A stretch of 56,251 nt of DNA, counting the filler, from Squatina squatina (taxonomy: Eukaryota): NCBI GenBank assembly GCA_031763465.1. It is 3 parts of 3 records of this genome, joined end to end, with 100 filler letters (N's around TTAATTAATTAA, not from the genome) between each part and the next. Parts side by side here need not be neighbours in the genome. Positions count along the whole stretch, not along the records: positions 1 to 20,028 come from JARFOE010000100.1; 2 more parts are not named here. One strand, given 5' to 3'. The notes under the pieces were generated by a model that saw only the letters and a list, made by a program, of their open reading frames with translations, did no database searches and was not told where the DNA came from. Both the position numbers and the translations under genes were made by a program. The stretch's first letter is position 1. Each line of letters starts with the position of its first letter. This document shows, piece by piece, positions 1 to 12,322 of the stretch.

Positions 1-300
1 AGTTTTGCTTTTCTGATTATGAAACACAGTAAGCACAGTGATCCTACTTCTCTTTTTTTGATGTGAAAGATTACATTTATTGGAAGTCATTTAACTGCTT
101 ATGTTCACTTTGACTTTCTACAGTGACAGTTCATCTAATTTTTGCACCAACCCTTTTGCTGTTTTTCTTCTAAGTGCAGTGTTGTGTTCTTTTTAAGTTA
201 TAGAGGAAAAGTTTAACAGTTTTTATGTGAATTGTGCTGATAACGCTGAACGCTGACTTGTGGTCTCTTCTTTCTCCTCCTGTCCTCGTGGATGTAATAG

Positions 301-306
301 GAAAAG
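301..306 (+). CDS. VPS8: Candidate VPS8 6-nt microexon (GAAAAG; phase 1, inserts Gly-Lys)
   Basis: Branch-like GCTGAC and a pyrimidine tract lead to TAG|GAAAAG|GTACAG. In phase 1 it reads G-K-(D), matching my recollection of human VPS8 isoforms LALIF(GK)DQNQ. It lies upstream of the other VPS8 exons on the same strand. Confidence 0.65.
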
Positions 307-1561
307 GTACAGAACACACAGGTGTGGGTGTACCTAGGGGGTTTGCTTGCTTTCTGCTTCTTTACAAATTGGAGCTCCACTAATGGGCATAAATTGGGAT
401 TGCATATTCTGGTGCCATATAATATTGTAGATGAGTTTAATCTTTCAGGCTTTTCTGTTCAGCTGTCTCCACTGTGCATATACAATGGGTATACTTCATA
501 GGTAAAGAATACTAGCACAGAGTTGTGTAAACCATTTTCGGTTTGTGATTTTTTTTTTCTGTCTTATTGCAGACTTCCTGTAAACAATATTTTCTCCATT
601 AATCTTGATTTAAACCTCAATAAATTTGGAGGAGCTCCAAACAACCCCCTTATTATCCAAGCATGGGAAAGCACAGAAAAGGCCATTTTGGTTTGTCTGT
701 TTCAATAGCCCCAGTGTTCAAGAATACAGTAGAATACACTGTTCATTACCTGCATCCCTCAATTGATTTTTTTTTGTCAAATGTCTGTCCAGCTTCTTCT
801 GCAAAACACTGATGCTGTCATGATCACGTCTCTGAGCAGTCTATTCTAAACACACACCACTCTTTGTGTGAAACATATATACCTGATTTGCTAATTCACC
901 TTGACTCTTCTCGGATTCATTCCATGTCCTCTTGTCATTCTTGGGGCAATGGCAAACAGTTACTCAGCATTCAACTTGTTGATCCCCTTAAGCATTTTGA
1001 ATTCAGTCTATTCCCATTACCATAACTTGAATTATACACTAAAATCTGTAGTGAGGCTTGGATCTACAACCTTTTGAATTGAGGGAAGAGTATTATCACT
1101 GAACCAAAGTGATGCAGTAGTAGGTAGAAAACAAGGCTACGGACCAAGATCTGGAAAGTGGGATTAGGCTGGATAGCTCTTTTTCAGCCGGCATAGACCT
1201 AATGGGCCGAATGGCCTCCTTCTATGCTGTAATTTTCTATGATTTTATTTCTTTCCGAGTCGGATGAGCCAAAAAAGCCTACTCCTTTTTAAAACTTTCT
1301 TCATGGGAAGTGGGCGTTGCTGGCAAGGCGAGCATTTATTGCCCATCCCTAATTGCCGTTGAGAAGGTGGTGATAAGCTGCCATCAGAGGAGAGGCTATT
1401 TTGGATTTGGTACTTGGTAATGAACCAGGACAAGTGATAGATTTGTTGGTGGGGGAGCACTNNNNNNNNNNNNNNNNNNNNNNNNNNNNNNNNNNNNNNN
1501 NNNNNNNNNNNNNNNNNNNNNNNNNNNNNNNNNNNNNNNNNNNNNNNNNNNNNNNNNNNNN

Positions 1562-1941
1562 AGATTTGCATTTATACAGTACCTTTCACAACCACAGGAT
1601 GTCCCAAAGTGCTTTGCAGCCAATGAAGTACTTTTTTTTTTGCAGTGCAGTCACTGTTGTAGGAAATGCAGCAGCCAATTTGTGTACAGCAAGCTCCCAC
1701 AAGGAAGTGATAATGATCAGATAACCTGTTTGTGATGTTGATTGAGGGATAAACACCTTCTTCGAAATAACGCCATGGGATCTTTAATGTCCACCTGAGA
1801 GAGCAGACGGGGCCTTATTTAACGTCTCATCCGAAAGACGGCACCTCCAACAGTGCAACACTCCCACAGTGATGCACTGGTGTGTCAGCCTAAAATTTTT
1901 TGCTCAAGGCGAGAGTGCTACCCAATGAATCATGGCTGACA
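1562..1941 (-). mobile_element. DeuSINE (SacSINE1/AmnSINE1-like) copy
   Basis: Reverse complement of the Deu-domain and tail consensus (GATCCCATGGC...TTCGAAGAAG...GGCTGC...AAATGCAA) as recalled. Recurs throughout the window. Confidence 0.8.
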
Positions 1942-2346
1942 CTTGCAGATGTGGGATGTTTTCAGCATTAAAGGTGTTGTATAAATAAAAGTCGCTGTTA
2001 ACCATGAACTAAACTCTGCTTTTGTTTTATCCATTCTGCACTTGTTTATCCAACCAATTTAGATTCGACTCCTTTCCCTTTTCTATTTGTGGCAAGTCTC
2101 ACCCAAAGGGCGAAGGTCTGCTACTTGTACACAATTAAACCAACCAGTGGTTAATTTAAAGTGGACACATGTTAATCCAGTAATGGATAAATCATAGGAC
2201 AGGCTATGAATTGCATTTAAAGAACAACAGACACAATAGATTATATGGCTTGAAATTCTAAATCTTAGTTTGCCCGAGCAAATGTTTTCTTTCAGTGTTT
2301 ATTATAAAACAGTTTTGTAGTGAAATGCACTTTTTTTTTGATGCAG

Positions 2347-2569
2347 AGATCTTCTATTTGGCCAGATCTATAATAAACTGAGTGAGATCTCAGTGGCAAA
2401 GGGAGTGTTTCTTGAATGCCTGGAACCCTATATTTTGAATGACAAGCTAACAAGCATCACACCACAGGTCATGAAGGATCTGCTCATCCACTTTCAGGAC
2501 AGGGACATGATGGAGAACATTGAAGCATGCATAGTACATATGGACATCACTAGCTTGGACATTCAACAG
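2347..2569 (+). CDS. VPS8: VPS8 (CORVET subunit) internal exon
   Basis: cag|A...CAG|gtgagc. Translates DLLFGQIYNKLSEISVAKGVFLECLEPYILNDKLTSITPQVMKDLLIHFQDRDMMENIEACIVHMDITSLDIQQ, matching vertebrate VPS8. Confidence 0.95.
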
Positions 2570-3221
2570 GTGAGCAATAATCATGATTACGTTTTTGGGT
2601 CTTTTCTGCCTTTTGTAGTTATGTTATTTTGTCCCTCGTATATTAGATCACTCTCACGCAAATAAATTATGATGCTCCTGCCTGCTTTATTGGTCCCAAC
2701 CCCTCGTACCTTCAAGACTGTCTATCCTAGCCTGAAGCTCTTGGTAAGCATTCATTATTCCAGACACATTACTGAAAGCGCCTTTCCTGTTTATAAAAAA
2801 AAAATTAAGATGTGAACAATTTAATTGAAGGTCTTCAGTCAGAACACTAATTGGTCTTTATCAATTTAGTAATTTTATTGGGGTCACATGTTAAAAGTGT
2901 AACTCATTAAGAAGAATATAACATGGTGTGAGGTTATACTTAAAGAATCTGCACACATTACTTCAAGAAATTACGTGAATTTGTTTTTTATTGTTGGATC
3001 ATAAGGGAATTTGAACTGAATGTTCTGCAGTCTCTCAGTAAGGAAACTACGATCGTACTTCTGGTAAACCAATCCATTATGGAAGAAACCTACACGGTCT
3101 ACGTTAAGTATTTTTCATCTATAAAGCGGAGTAGAAAATAAGAATTGTTGTCTGTGATGACCATTGTGGGAAGCTTTGACTGCTGGTGTTGCTGCGATCA
3201 GTTATTCTGTTTTTTTTATAG

Positions 3222-3314
<93 letters not shown>

Positions 3315-4695
3315 TGATATGAACAATTTATATTTAGCACTGCTAGCATTTGCATTGAGAGCAGAAGTATTATTTTAAGAGCAGTTAAGAATAGACAGAG
3401 CAAAGCTGCTAAAGAGTGATTGTTACTGGAAAAAATCCCAATTTTTGCAACATACAGCTTGGATTTAGCAGGAATGTGAGCAGTTATTAATAACCCTCTT
3501 GTCAGCTGCTATCAAATTGTTTTCCTGCTTGAATTAAACAATATGTAATACCGATGAGCACTTGAAAACTGAATTATTTTGAATTGGATGCATCAGTCCT
3601 CCACTACAGTGTGGACCTTTTTTTTTACAAGCAGAAAAAGGATGTCCCAGCAACTGAATAGCTCAAATTGGGGAAGCCCAGTGTAGTCTGATAATGGGGA
3701 TGAAACCAAAAAAAAAAATCTTCAGAAAAAGCAAAGTAAGTGACAGGATGGAGTTCAATTTAATTTTACTCCTTTGTAATACATTGTTCAACTCTTATAG
3801 ATTTGCAGTTTTTGGATAAAAATTGTATTGCGATATTTTGCCCCACACAGAATGTTTTCAAAATTGTTCGAAGCAAATACTTTCAAAGATGCACTTCTGG
3901 CAAAGAAAGTATTAATGAAATTATTTTTAACCAAAAATGTGACCTTGAGAAAGCTATTACTGTGTTTATATTCATCCTGTAAAACTGGCATTTCATGGAG
4001 TCAAGGGCACACAGAATTAACACGGGACATTTGAGAGGAATGGCAGTGACAGTGTTCATCACACAAAGGAGGCACGCAAACTCTGACTTAAATGTGGATG
4101 AGTCACATAGTCCTGCCTCTCTGATATTGTAAACAGAACAACACAATTTGCACTTAGATAACACATGGAAAAAGATCCCAAAGTGCTTCACAGTATGCTA
4201 ATTGTACAGCATCTTTATTTTCTTGATCATTAATTGCCTCTTTGTTTTTGAGCACCAAGTTGATTTCTGTTTGAATATTGAAATCCAGGACCAAGAATGA
4301 TGCTGGTTTCCACTGAGCTAAGTAAAGTCAGTCAGAGGTGGATCCAGTAGCCATATCCTCTAAATAGCTCCTATGTAGCTGGGAGACACAATGTGACAGG
4401 GCTTGATGTATCGACTATAGCCTGACAAATTGGAGATTATCTTCTCTCAAGTAGATTTTTTTCCCGTCTCGGTAAATCTCGCGCGAGTACCTTGAGATTG
4501 TATTTAATTTTCTGCTCCCTGCTGCTATAGTTATTAATTTGTTGGTTCCCACTACACTTGTCATTTTAGTTCGCTACTATCCACTTCTACTGCCGACTGC
4601 TCTTTGAATTTATTCATTCAGTGGTGATTGCTGCGCACTCAATGTATCAATTAACTGGTGCCTCGTTAGCTGTGCTTTAATGGTCATTGTAGTGA

Positions 4696-5030
4696 AAGAA
4701 AGACTTGCATTTCTATAGAGCCTTTCATGACCACCTGATGTCCCAACGCGCTTTACTGTCACTGAAGTGCTTTAGAAGTATAGTCACTGCTGTAATATAG
4801 GAAATGTGACAGCCAATTTGCGCATAGCAAGCTCCCACAAACAGCAATGTGGTAATGACCAGACCATCTGTTTTAGTGATGTTGATTGAGGGATAAATAT
4901 TGGCCAGGACACTGGAGATAACTCCTGCTCTTCGAAATAGTGCTGTGGGATTTTTTTATGTCCACTTGAGAGAGGAGGTGGGGCCTCAGTTTAATGTCTC
5001 ATCCGAAAGACTGCATCTACGACAGTGCAC
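4696..5030 (-). mobile_element. DeuSINE (SacSINE1/AmnSINE1-like) copy
   Basis: Same family as 1562-1941 (GACTTGCATTT...GTTGATTGAGGGATAAATATTGGCCAGGACAC...CATCCGAAAGAC). Confidence 0.8.
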
Positions 5031-5361
5031 TTGTGTTGACTCACGTTATGTAGTTTGACTATGTTGACCTCTTGCTGTGATTAAATAGTGTCAAACAAAA
5101 CCTATAACGCACTTTATTACTTCTCTAGCTTATTCCATTTATTTTGTCTCTTATTTTAGTGGCAGCTTCTGTTGCCTGTTTAAGGATGTATTGTCGTCAC
5201 GTTATATTGGAACATCCAGACTGTACAGCTTTTGAGACTGTGTGCAACAGCACGGGAAATTGACTGGTGACCTATTACAAATCTTGTGTCTGCGCTCACT
5301 TCTGTTTTTTTCCAATATAATTTCCTTTGCCCACACTTGTGCTTGCGTAGGTAGTTTATAT

Positions 5362-6117
5362 TGACCCAGAATTTGTGGTCCGTAGCGAATCGACAGTGCT
5401 CGCCACTGACCTCTAAGAAAACTGCCTACAAAGATCTCACTATCTCTGTGGCGAAAAATTCAGCTTTCTCGATGTTAAATTGAGTGTAGCCCTGTCAATA
5501 GGAGCTCCCTAGTGCAGAGCAACAGTGATGTCATCAAGCTGTCTAAACAGCCAATCACATTGAACAATTCTCATGGACAGCAAACCAGGAAATAAAAAGC
5601 ACTATCAATTCACTTTTTAAATTTTTTAAAGTGTAATAAAGATTGGGACTTGCATATGGGGTTAAGGTAGAAGCTGAAATATCAAACTTTACAAAATTTT
5701 TTAAAAAATATTTACTGTTTTAAAAATCTAGTAACTATTATAATGGAGAATTTTGACATTCCACATATTACAAAATTAGCTTTTCAGGGCCAGAATAGTT
5801 CAGTCATTACACCATTCAGTACACCATTCACACCCCAGTTACACCTATTCCAGCTTTACTTTTTGTGGGTGCTTAACAGCGACATTAGATTGGAAGAGCT
5901 TAGGTTTTCGTCAGTTCAACTGATTTCATTGATTGCCGGCTGTGGGGAATTCCACAGTGCAGCCTGTGGCGGAGCAAGGAATGACTGACCACAACTTCAG
6001 GATCTCCATGTTTATTTGCACATGCGCTAAATCCTGAAGTTGTGGTCAGTTTCAGAGGGGTAATAAAGGTAAACGCTGACAGTTTCGCCTCCATTATCCA
6101 ATGCAAAATCCGGGCCA
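5362..6117. mobile_element. Non-autonomous TIR element (MITE-like)
   Basis: Imperfect terminal inverted repeats TGACCCAGAATTTG ... GCAAAATCCGGGCCA. No credible ORF. Confidence 0.55.
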
Positions 6118-6947
6118 TTATATAGAGCTGTAATTACAGAATCCTGCCAGTGGCAATGTTGCAGTGCCATCATTGGCGGGAGGTTGTAATGAACAACATC
6201 CTAGTGAATTTCTATATAAATGTGGTTATGGGAGCTTATATTGGGAATAGAAACATAGAAATATAGAAAATAGGTGCAGGAGAAGGCCATTCGGCCCTTC
6301 GAGCCTGCACTGCCATTCAACACGATCATGGCTGATCTTTCAACTCAGTACCCCNNNNNNNNNNNNNNNNNNNNNNNNNNNNNNNNNNNNNNNNNNNNNN
6401 NNNNNNNNNNNNNNNNNNNNNNNNNNNNNNNNNNNNNNNNNNNNNNNNNNNNNNCTTCAAAAATAATCCATTGGTTGTGAAGCACTTTGGATATGATGGG
6501 CATTATATAAATGCAAGTTCTTTCTTTATGTTGGTTTATAATTCTGATATCAGTTGTATCATTGGGGATAACATTGTTTGGAAACCAAGCCTTTTCCCTT
6601 ACTCAAAAGCAAAAGGAAATAGGGACAGTTATTCCAGGCCATGTTCACATTCCAAGTGCAAGTTGAATGAAGAATACATTGGTACAGATGTGTGGGGGTT
6701 TCCCCACTCATGCCCCGGTTAAAGTTGCATCGCTGTCCTATTAATGTAATAGAACCCCATCAGTCATAAATTATGAGGCTCCTGCCTGCTTTAGGCAGGC
6801 ATCTCGTCTGTCTGTAAAATCCTGCCGGTTAACATCACAAGCGGTTGGAAATGGTCGGGATCTGAGAGGTAAGTAACCTGCCAGTTTTTAACTGTCCACC
6901 CGCTGGTTTCCACTGGGTCAGTAGATTTAAAAACAGACCCTGAGTAT

Positions 6948-6972
6948 AGAGAGAGAGAGAGAGAGAGAGAGA
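6948..6972. repeat. (GA)n microsatellite
   Basis: Perfect AG dinucleotide run of about 25 nt. Confidence 0.95.
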
Positions 6973-7275
6973 ATTAGGAAAACAGGACTCGTGAAACACA
7001 TTGGGTTAGTAATTTTTTACTCACCACATTGTGTTAGTAATTTTTTGATTATGTGAAAAATGTGATTGGAGTCCCCAAACAATTGATGCTGAATCCAAAA
7101 AAAGTTTAAAATGATGTTTTAGTTTGCCACTCTTTGTGGATGTTTTTTTCTTTTGTCCTCTAACATGGTAAATGTGCTGTTCTGAGTTTGGGTTTTAACA
7201 TGAAACTGTTGACATGAAGCCACTCCTGCAATGATGCTTGTGGCCAAGTATGTTTTCTCTCTGTCTGTCTTGTAG

Positions 7276-7365
7276 GTGGTCCATATGTGTTGGGAACACT
7301 CTCTGTATGATGCCATGATCTACGTGTACAACAGAGGAATGAATGACTACATCACTCCAATGGAG
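7276..7365 (+). CDS. VPS8: VPS8 internal exon (follows the 2347-2569 exon directly)
   Basis: tgtag|GTG...GAG|gtaaga, 90 nt. Translates VVHMCWEHSLYDAMIYVYNRGMNDYITPME. Not in the ORF track. Confidence 0.95.
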
Positions 7366-7669
7366 GTAAGAAACTAGAAAGATGGGAATTAATTTTGATT
7401 CCCACAATATCCAGTTGTTCTGAACTTACACTGATAAAACTGAGATCAGTACTGAAAGTCTGCATCAGCTGTTATATGTTGTGTAGTAAGCCCACTGGTA
7501 CTTTGCATGCAATCAGAATGTCACAGTAATATCAGTCAGTTGTTGTGCCATTTCTGGGCAGCAGTCCCATACAGCAGTACCAGGAAGTCTGGAGTGGAAG
7601 CATTATCATCATCTTGGCCTCAAATTAAACCATAATACTGTATTTCCTTTGGAGCCCAAAAATAACGAT

Positions 7670-8010
7670 GATAGATTGGACACACAGAGAATGTTTCCAC
7701 TTGTGTGGAAGAGCATGACTAGAGGCCATCAATATAAGATAGTCACCAAGAAATCCAATAGGGATTTCAGAAGAAACTTCTTTACCCAAAGAGTGGTGAG
7801 AATGTGGAACTTGATACCACAGGGAGTGGTTGAAGTGAATAGTGGAGATGCATTTAAGGGGAGGAGGCTAGACAAGCATACGAGGAAGAAGGGAATAGAG
7901 GGTTATGCTGACAGATTTAGATGAGGAAAGTCAGGAGGAGGCTCGAGTGGAGCATAAACGCCGGCATGGACTGGGGCCCAATGGCCTGTTTCTGTGCCAT
8001 ATAACCTATG
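7670..8010 (+). mobile_element. CR1 LINE 3' end
   Basis: RMFPLV...TRGHQYKI...RRNFFTQRVVRMWN is a CR1 ORF2 C-terminus, followed by the GG(C)CCAATGGCCTGTTTCTGTGC tail. A close copy sits at 23645-23922. Confidence 0.85.
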
Positions 8011-8200
8011 TAACTGCATATTCCTGCCTTCGGCCTGTATCCCTAAAATAACAAAAAGCCATCAATCTCAGATTTAAAATTAACAATTGATCTAGCACCA
8101 ACTGTTGTTTGCGGAAGACAGTTCAAAACTTCTACCACCCTTTGTGTGTAGAAGTGTTTCCAATTTCACTCCTGAAAAGTCTGGCTCTAATTTTTAGACT

Positions 8201-8358
8201 GCGAAGAGACCGTTCACCTGCTTTGTGTGCAGGAAAGGATTTAGTCAATCAGGTACCTGCTGGAACACCAGCAAGTTCACACTGGAGACAGACCATTCAC
8301 CTGCTCCATGTGTGGGAAGAGATTCACTCAGTCATCCACCCTACTGAGACACCAGTGA
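8201..8358 (+). pseudogene. C2H2 zinc-finger gene fragment (two degenerate fingers)
   Basis: [16 protein letters not shown] / frameshift / [34 protein letters not shown], with the classic HTGxRPF linker. Confidence 0.75.
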
Positions 8359-8727
8359 GGGGACCAAATGTAACATTTCCAAGTTTACTGATAAAACTAG
8401 GTGCGAATGTGAGTTGTCAGGAGGATGTAAAGAGGCTTCAAGGTGATATAGACAGACAGTGAGTGGGCAAAAACATGGCAAATGCAGTATAATGTCGAAA
8501 ATTGTGAAGTTGTCCACTTTGGTAAGAAAAACAGAAAGACGGAATATTTTTTAAATGTTGATAGATTAGGAAATGTTGATGTTCAAAGGGACCTGGGTGT
8601 CCTTGTACACCAGTCACTGAAAGCTAACATGTAGGTGCAGCAGGCAGTTCGGAAGGCAAATGGTATGTTGGCCTTCATTGCGAGAGGATTTGAGTACAGG
8701 AGCAAGGATGTCTTACTGCAATTATAT
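8357..8727 (+). mobile_element. CR1 LINE reverse transcriptase fragment
   Basis: EDVKRLQGDIDR...WQMQYNVENCEVVHFGKKN...DLGVLVHQSLK...QQAVRKANGMLAFIARGFEYRSKDVLLQLY. Confidence 0.88.
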
Positions 8728-9189
8728 NNNNNNNNNNNNNNNNNNNNNNNNNNNNNNNNNNNNNNNNNNNNNNNNNNNNNNNNNNNNNNNNNNNNNNNNN
8801 NNNNNNNNNNNNNNNNNNNNNNNNNNNGTGAGTTTGATTAAAATCACAGTAACAATGATTGGCGTTTTACTGTGATTCAGACTGAAATTTTTGGCAATGT
8901 TTTATCTCTGAAATTCATTTTGACGAGTAGTTAACTATTTGCCATGGTGAATATTATGAAGCTACATTTCGCTACTAGTGTTTAGTAGGCTTAATTTTAG
9001 CCTGTCTTTTATCACGCTCCCTTCCCCTTCCCCTATAAATAATGGAGTAATGTGTCACCATGAGAATGTCATTTACTGGTTGGACTGCAAAACAGTTGTT
9101 CGAAGTAAGTTACAGTTCTGCGGATGGCTTTTATTTATTTGCTGTTTTTTTTGTTGTAAGTGATTTCTGTTTTTGATTACTTCCTTCAG

Positions 9190-9309
9190 GTAATGGTGGA
9201 AAATTCGGACTTCACTCCATCACAAGTTGGGTGTCTCTTCACTTTTCTGGCACGACAACTGGCAAAACCAGACAACACACTTTTTGTCAACAGGATGCTT
9301 TTTGATCAG
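9190..9309 (+). CDS. VPS8: VPS8 internal exon
   Basis: ttcag|GTA...CAG|gtaagt, 120 nt. Translates VMVENSDFTPSQVGCLFTFLARQLAKPDNTLFVNRMLFDQ. Confidence 0.95.
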
Positions 9310-10251
9310 GTAAGTTGTTCTGAGCAAATGAGATTCAGTATTGGATGCAACATCGGTCTCTCCTGAACTCTTATCCTATCTAGTTTCTAAATGTACTTGG
9401 TGTTTCTACAAAGTAGTTCAACATTTGAATCACCTTGGTATTGCAGTGCTTTCATGGAAAAGGGTAAACAGCCAGAAATACTTCTGTGCCATAGTCTGTG
9501 GATCTAACTTTTAATCCTGTAGTTCAACATACAGCTTTGCTGTCCCATTGTAGATAACTGGCTTTGGGTATAGGAGAGTTGGCACTGAAAAAGGAGTGGA
9601 AGCAATTCACCTCACTCTGCCTCCCTCCTAGGCTAGAGAAAANNNNNNNNNNNNNNNNNNNNNNNNNNNNNNNNNNNNNNNNNNNNNNNNNNNNNNNNNN
9701 NNNNNNNNNNNNNNNNNNNNNNNNNNNNNNNNNNNNNNNNNNTTCATTATGATTTATGTACATTGTAACACAATGTAAAGTACACAAATCTTCACTATTT
9801 GCAAATGTGCTTCTGAGCATCAATAAGATAATTACAAAATCAATTTGATTTAGCTCATGCTGGAGGATGTTCCTCCATAAATTAAAATCAAATAGGCACA
9901 GTTTCACGAATAAAATAAACATTGTGTTACAATATACATAAATCATAATGAAGTTCCATGCATTCATTAGAATAAAATTCCACATTTAACATTCGTTTCA
10001 TTTTTTTTGCTTCATAAATTGGATCCACATTATGGATAAGTAGCACATCACTGTACCATCAGGCCATTCTATGCTCCACTCAGCAAGAGTGATATAAAAA
10101 TTAGTAGTAAATACGATCATGATTTTTTTTTTTGACACTGACTTAGCACCTGTTTGTCACTTGACGTGGTATAAAAAGAGTCATGCGTGCCATTGCCAAA
10201 ATGTTTTGACTCTAGCTGAATGCCCAGCTGATGCACTGATAATAAAAACAT

Positions 10252-10996
10252 GGGGCTGGAAATTCATCTTCTGTTGTGCCCTGTTAGCGCCTCCGTGGGG
10301 TGCTAACAGGGCCATACAAGACAAAATGGCACCAGGAGGTGGCCACCTTGCCTCCCGGGGAATTCAGCAGGGGCGCAAAAGGCCTTTATGCCTGGCCAGC
10401 TGAATTCCACGGCAGGTCAGCGTGTGACGTCATAAAGATGTGCCGACCCACAATGCGCAGCCGCAACCCCCTGTGCAACCCGTGGACGGAATTCACCCGT
10501 GGGACGTGGCTGCAGCGCTGGGCGATTGCAGCGACAGCAAAACCTGTCGCTGCAATGACCCTCTTAAAGGGGAGGTCATGTGTGCTTGCGGCCATCATCT
10601 TAATTTGTCGGTCAAATGGTGGCCCACGACCAGATCGGGCCACCGTCCCCTCGCCTGGCATGCCGACATGCTTGGTAGTCTGGTCGCCGGCATCCCTGGT
10701 GGCCCAGTGGCAGACCGCAGGGTGCTGTCAGGATGGCCGGTGGCCCTCCCCTTTAAGGGAGGCTTGGCAGTGCTCCAGATGTCGACGCTGAAGTGGCGCA
10801 ACTGACGTCGCAGACGTGGTGCTCAGGCCAAGTCAGCGACGTAGGAGGCCAGCTGCCCCAGGTCCTCCCGGGAGCGAGGTTGGCACCGCTGCAGATCACT
10901 CCCGCCCTGGAATGGTGAATTCTGCGGCAGGCGGGACGGGAGCCAGTGTGAAAAATGCTGGATCCCGCCCCGTAAGCACCCATGAATTTCGGGCCC
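10252..10996. mobile_element. GC-rich non-autonomous TIR element (Harbinger-like MITE)
   Basis: TIRs GGGGCTGGAAATTCAT / ATGAATTTCGGGCCC bound a CpG-rich island in AT-rich intron. The overlapping ORFs have no recognisable domains. Confidence 0.65.
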
Positions 10997-11111
10997 ACAG
11001 TATTTGTCCAGTCTTCACAGTGACATGTTGCTGCCACTTTGCTAAGACAGCATGTTCTGTCATTTTCAGATTGTATTTGGAAAAACAAATTCACTTTTTA
11101 TTAAATTTCAG

Positions 11112-11201
11112 GACCTGGTGTCTATCAATCCTTCGAAAGCAGCTGAACTGTTAGCAGTACATTTCTCTACAGAGCTCCGATCGATCGTGGACCAATTAGA
11201 G
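11112..11201 (+). CDS. VPS8: VPS8 internal exon
   Basis: ttcag|GAC...GAG|gtagaa, 90 nt. Translates DLVSINPSKAAELLAVHFSTELRSIVDQLE, similar to human ELVSLKPCKAAELVATHFS as recalled. Confidence 0.88.
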
Positions 11202-12218
11202 GTAGAACAATGTTTGCAAGTGATTGATGTTTTTTTCTCTGTAAACATGCCCTTTTNNNNNNNNNNNNNNNNNNNNNNNNNNNNNNNNNNNNNNNNNNNN
11301 NNNNNNNNNNNNNNNNNNNNNNNNNNNNNNNNNNNNNNNNNNNNNNNNNNNNNNNNGTGTATCATGGAATCTAAGGACTTTTTAAAAAAAAAGTTTCAAT
11401 TCATGCTCCTGTTAATTTGCATACATGTCACATTGCTGATACCTTGTATTCTGCTTTAGATTTATCTACCAGATGGTAATAGTCCAAAAACAGGTGTTTC
11501 CAAAACCACCAGATCCATGTAATTTGAACAACAAACCGATAAATAAGAAGCATAAACATAAATACGTCTGAGTTGCATGCTTTGAGGGCTGGGTTACTAC
11601 GGTCTCGAAACCTGTGAACCACAGGTTGGGCATCACATTACTCATCTAGGTATCTTCACCAAAGCTACATATGTAGATTGAAAACTGGGTGGAAAGTAAC
11701 TTTTCACTCACATCTGGTAATTTCAAATTAGGTGTTATGTGCCTAGCATTGCAAATGGGAGATATATTGACGGAGGAAGTGCTAGTATTCATTTCTGTGG
11801 GATCTGAAGAGTATATCTGCTACATAAATACTACAGGCTGAGTTTTCAGATCTCCCGTCTGGCAGAAATTGGGCGATTGTGCCCAAAGTGTGGCAAAAGA
11901 CTTAACACCATGCCCCCACTGCCATTGTGACTATGATGATCTTCCCCTGGGCCCACTACGGGGCAACTGGAGCAGGAATGCTCCTCTGGGTCTAAGGATA
12001 ATGCTGACGGCCTGAGCTCACCCACTCTCTCGGCCTCACTTTGCTGCCCCCGAACCCTCTTCTTTGTTACCTGCAGCTGCCTCCAGCCCCCTGCCCCCCA
12101 TTATTGTTACATATGTCCTGTTGAACTGCCTTGTGGCTCTTGCATGGGTTTGTGCTGCGGAGAGAGCTACTGTAAGCTGTTGCATTGTATTCACACACCA
12201 TTATGCAATTCTCCGCAG

Positions 12219-12322
12219 GAGAGCAAAATGAAGAAACAGTGCAAGCTGCAGAATCCACGTTAGAAGAGACCATTGCATTATGTCAACGCAATTCACACAG
12301 TCTTAACCAACAGCAGCGGGAG
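12219..12322 (+). CDS. VPS8: VPS8 internal exon
   Basis: cgcag|GA...GAG|gtgagt. Translates EQNEETVQAAESTLEETIALCQRNSHSLNQQQRE. Confidence 0.9.

Noticed and set aside
10119-11154. Cluster of overlapping 90-160 aa ORFs
   Set aside because: A by-product of GC-rich MITE-like sequence, with no domains or splice structure.
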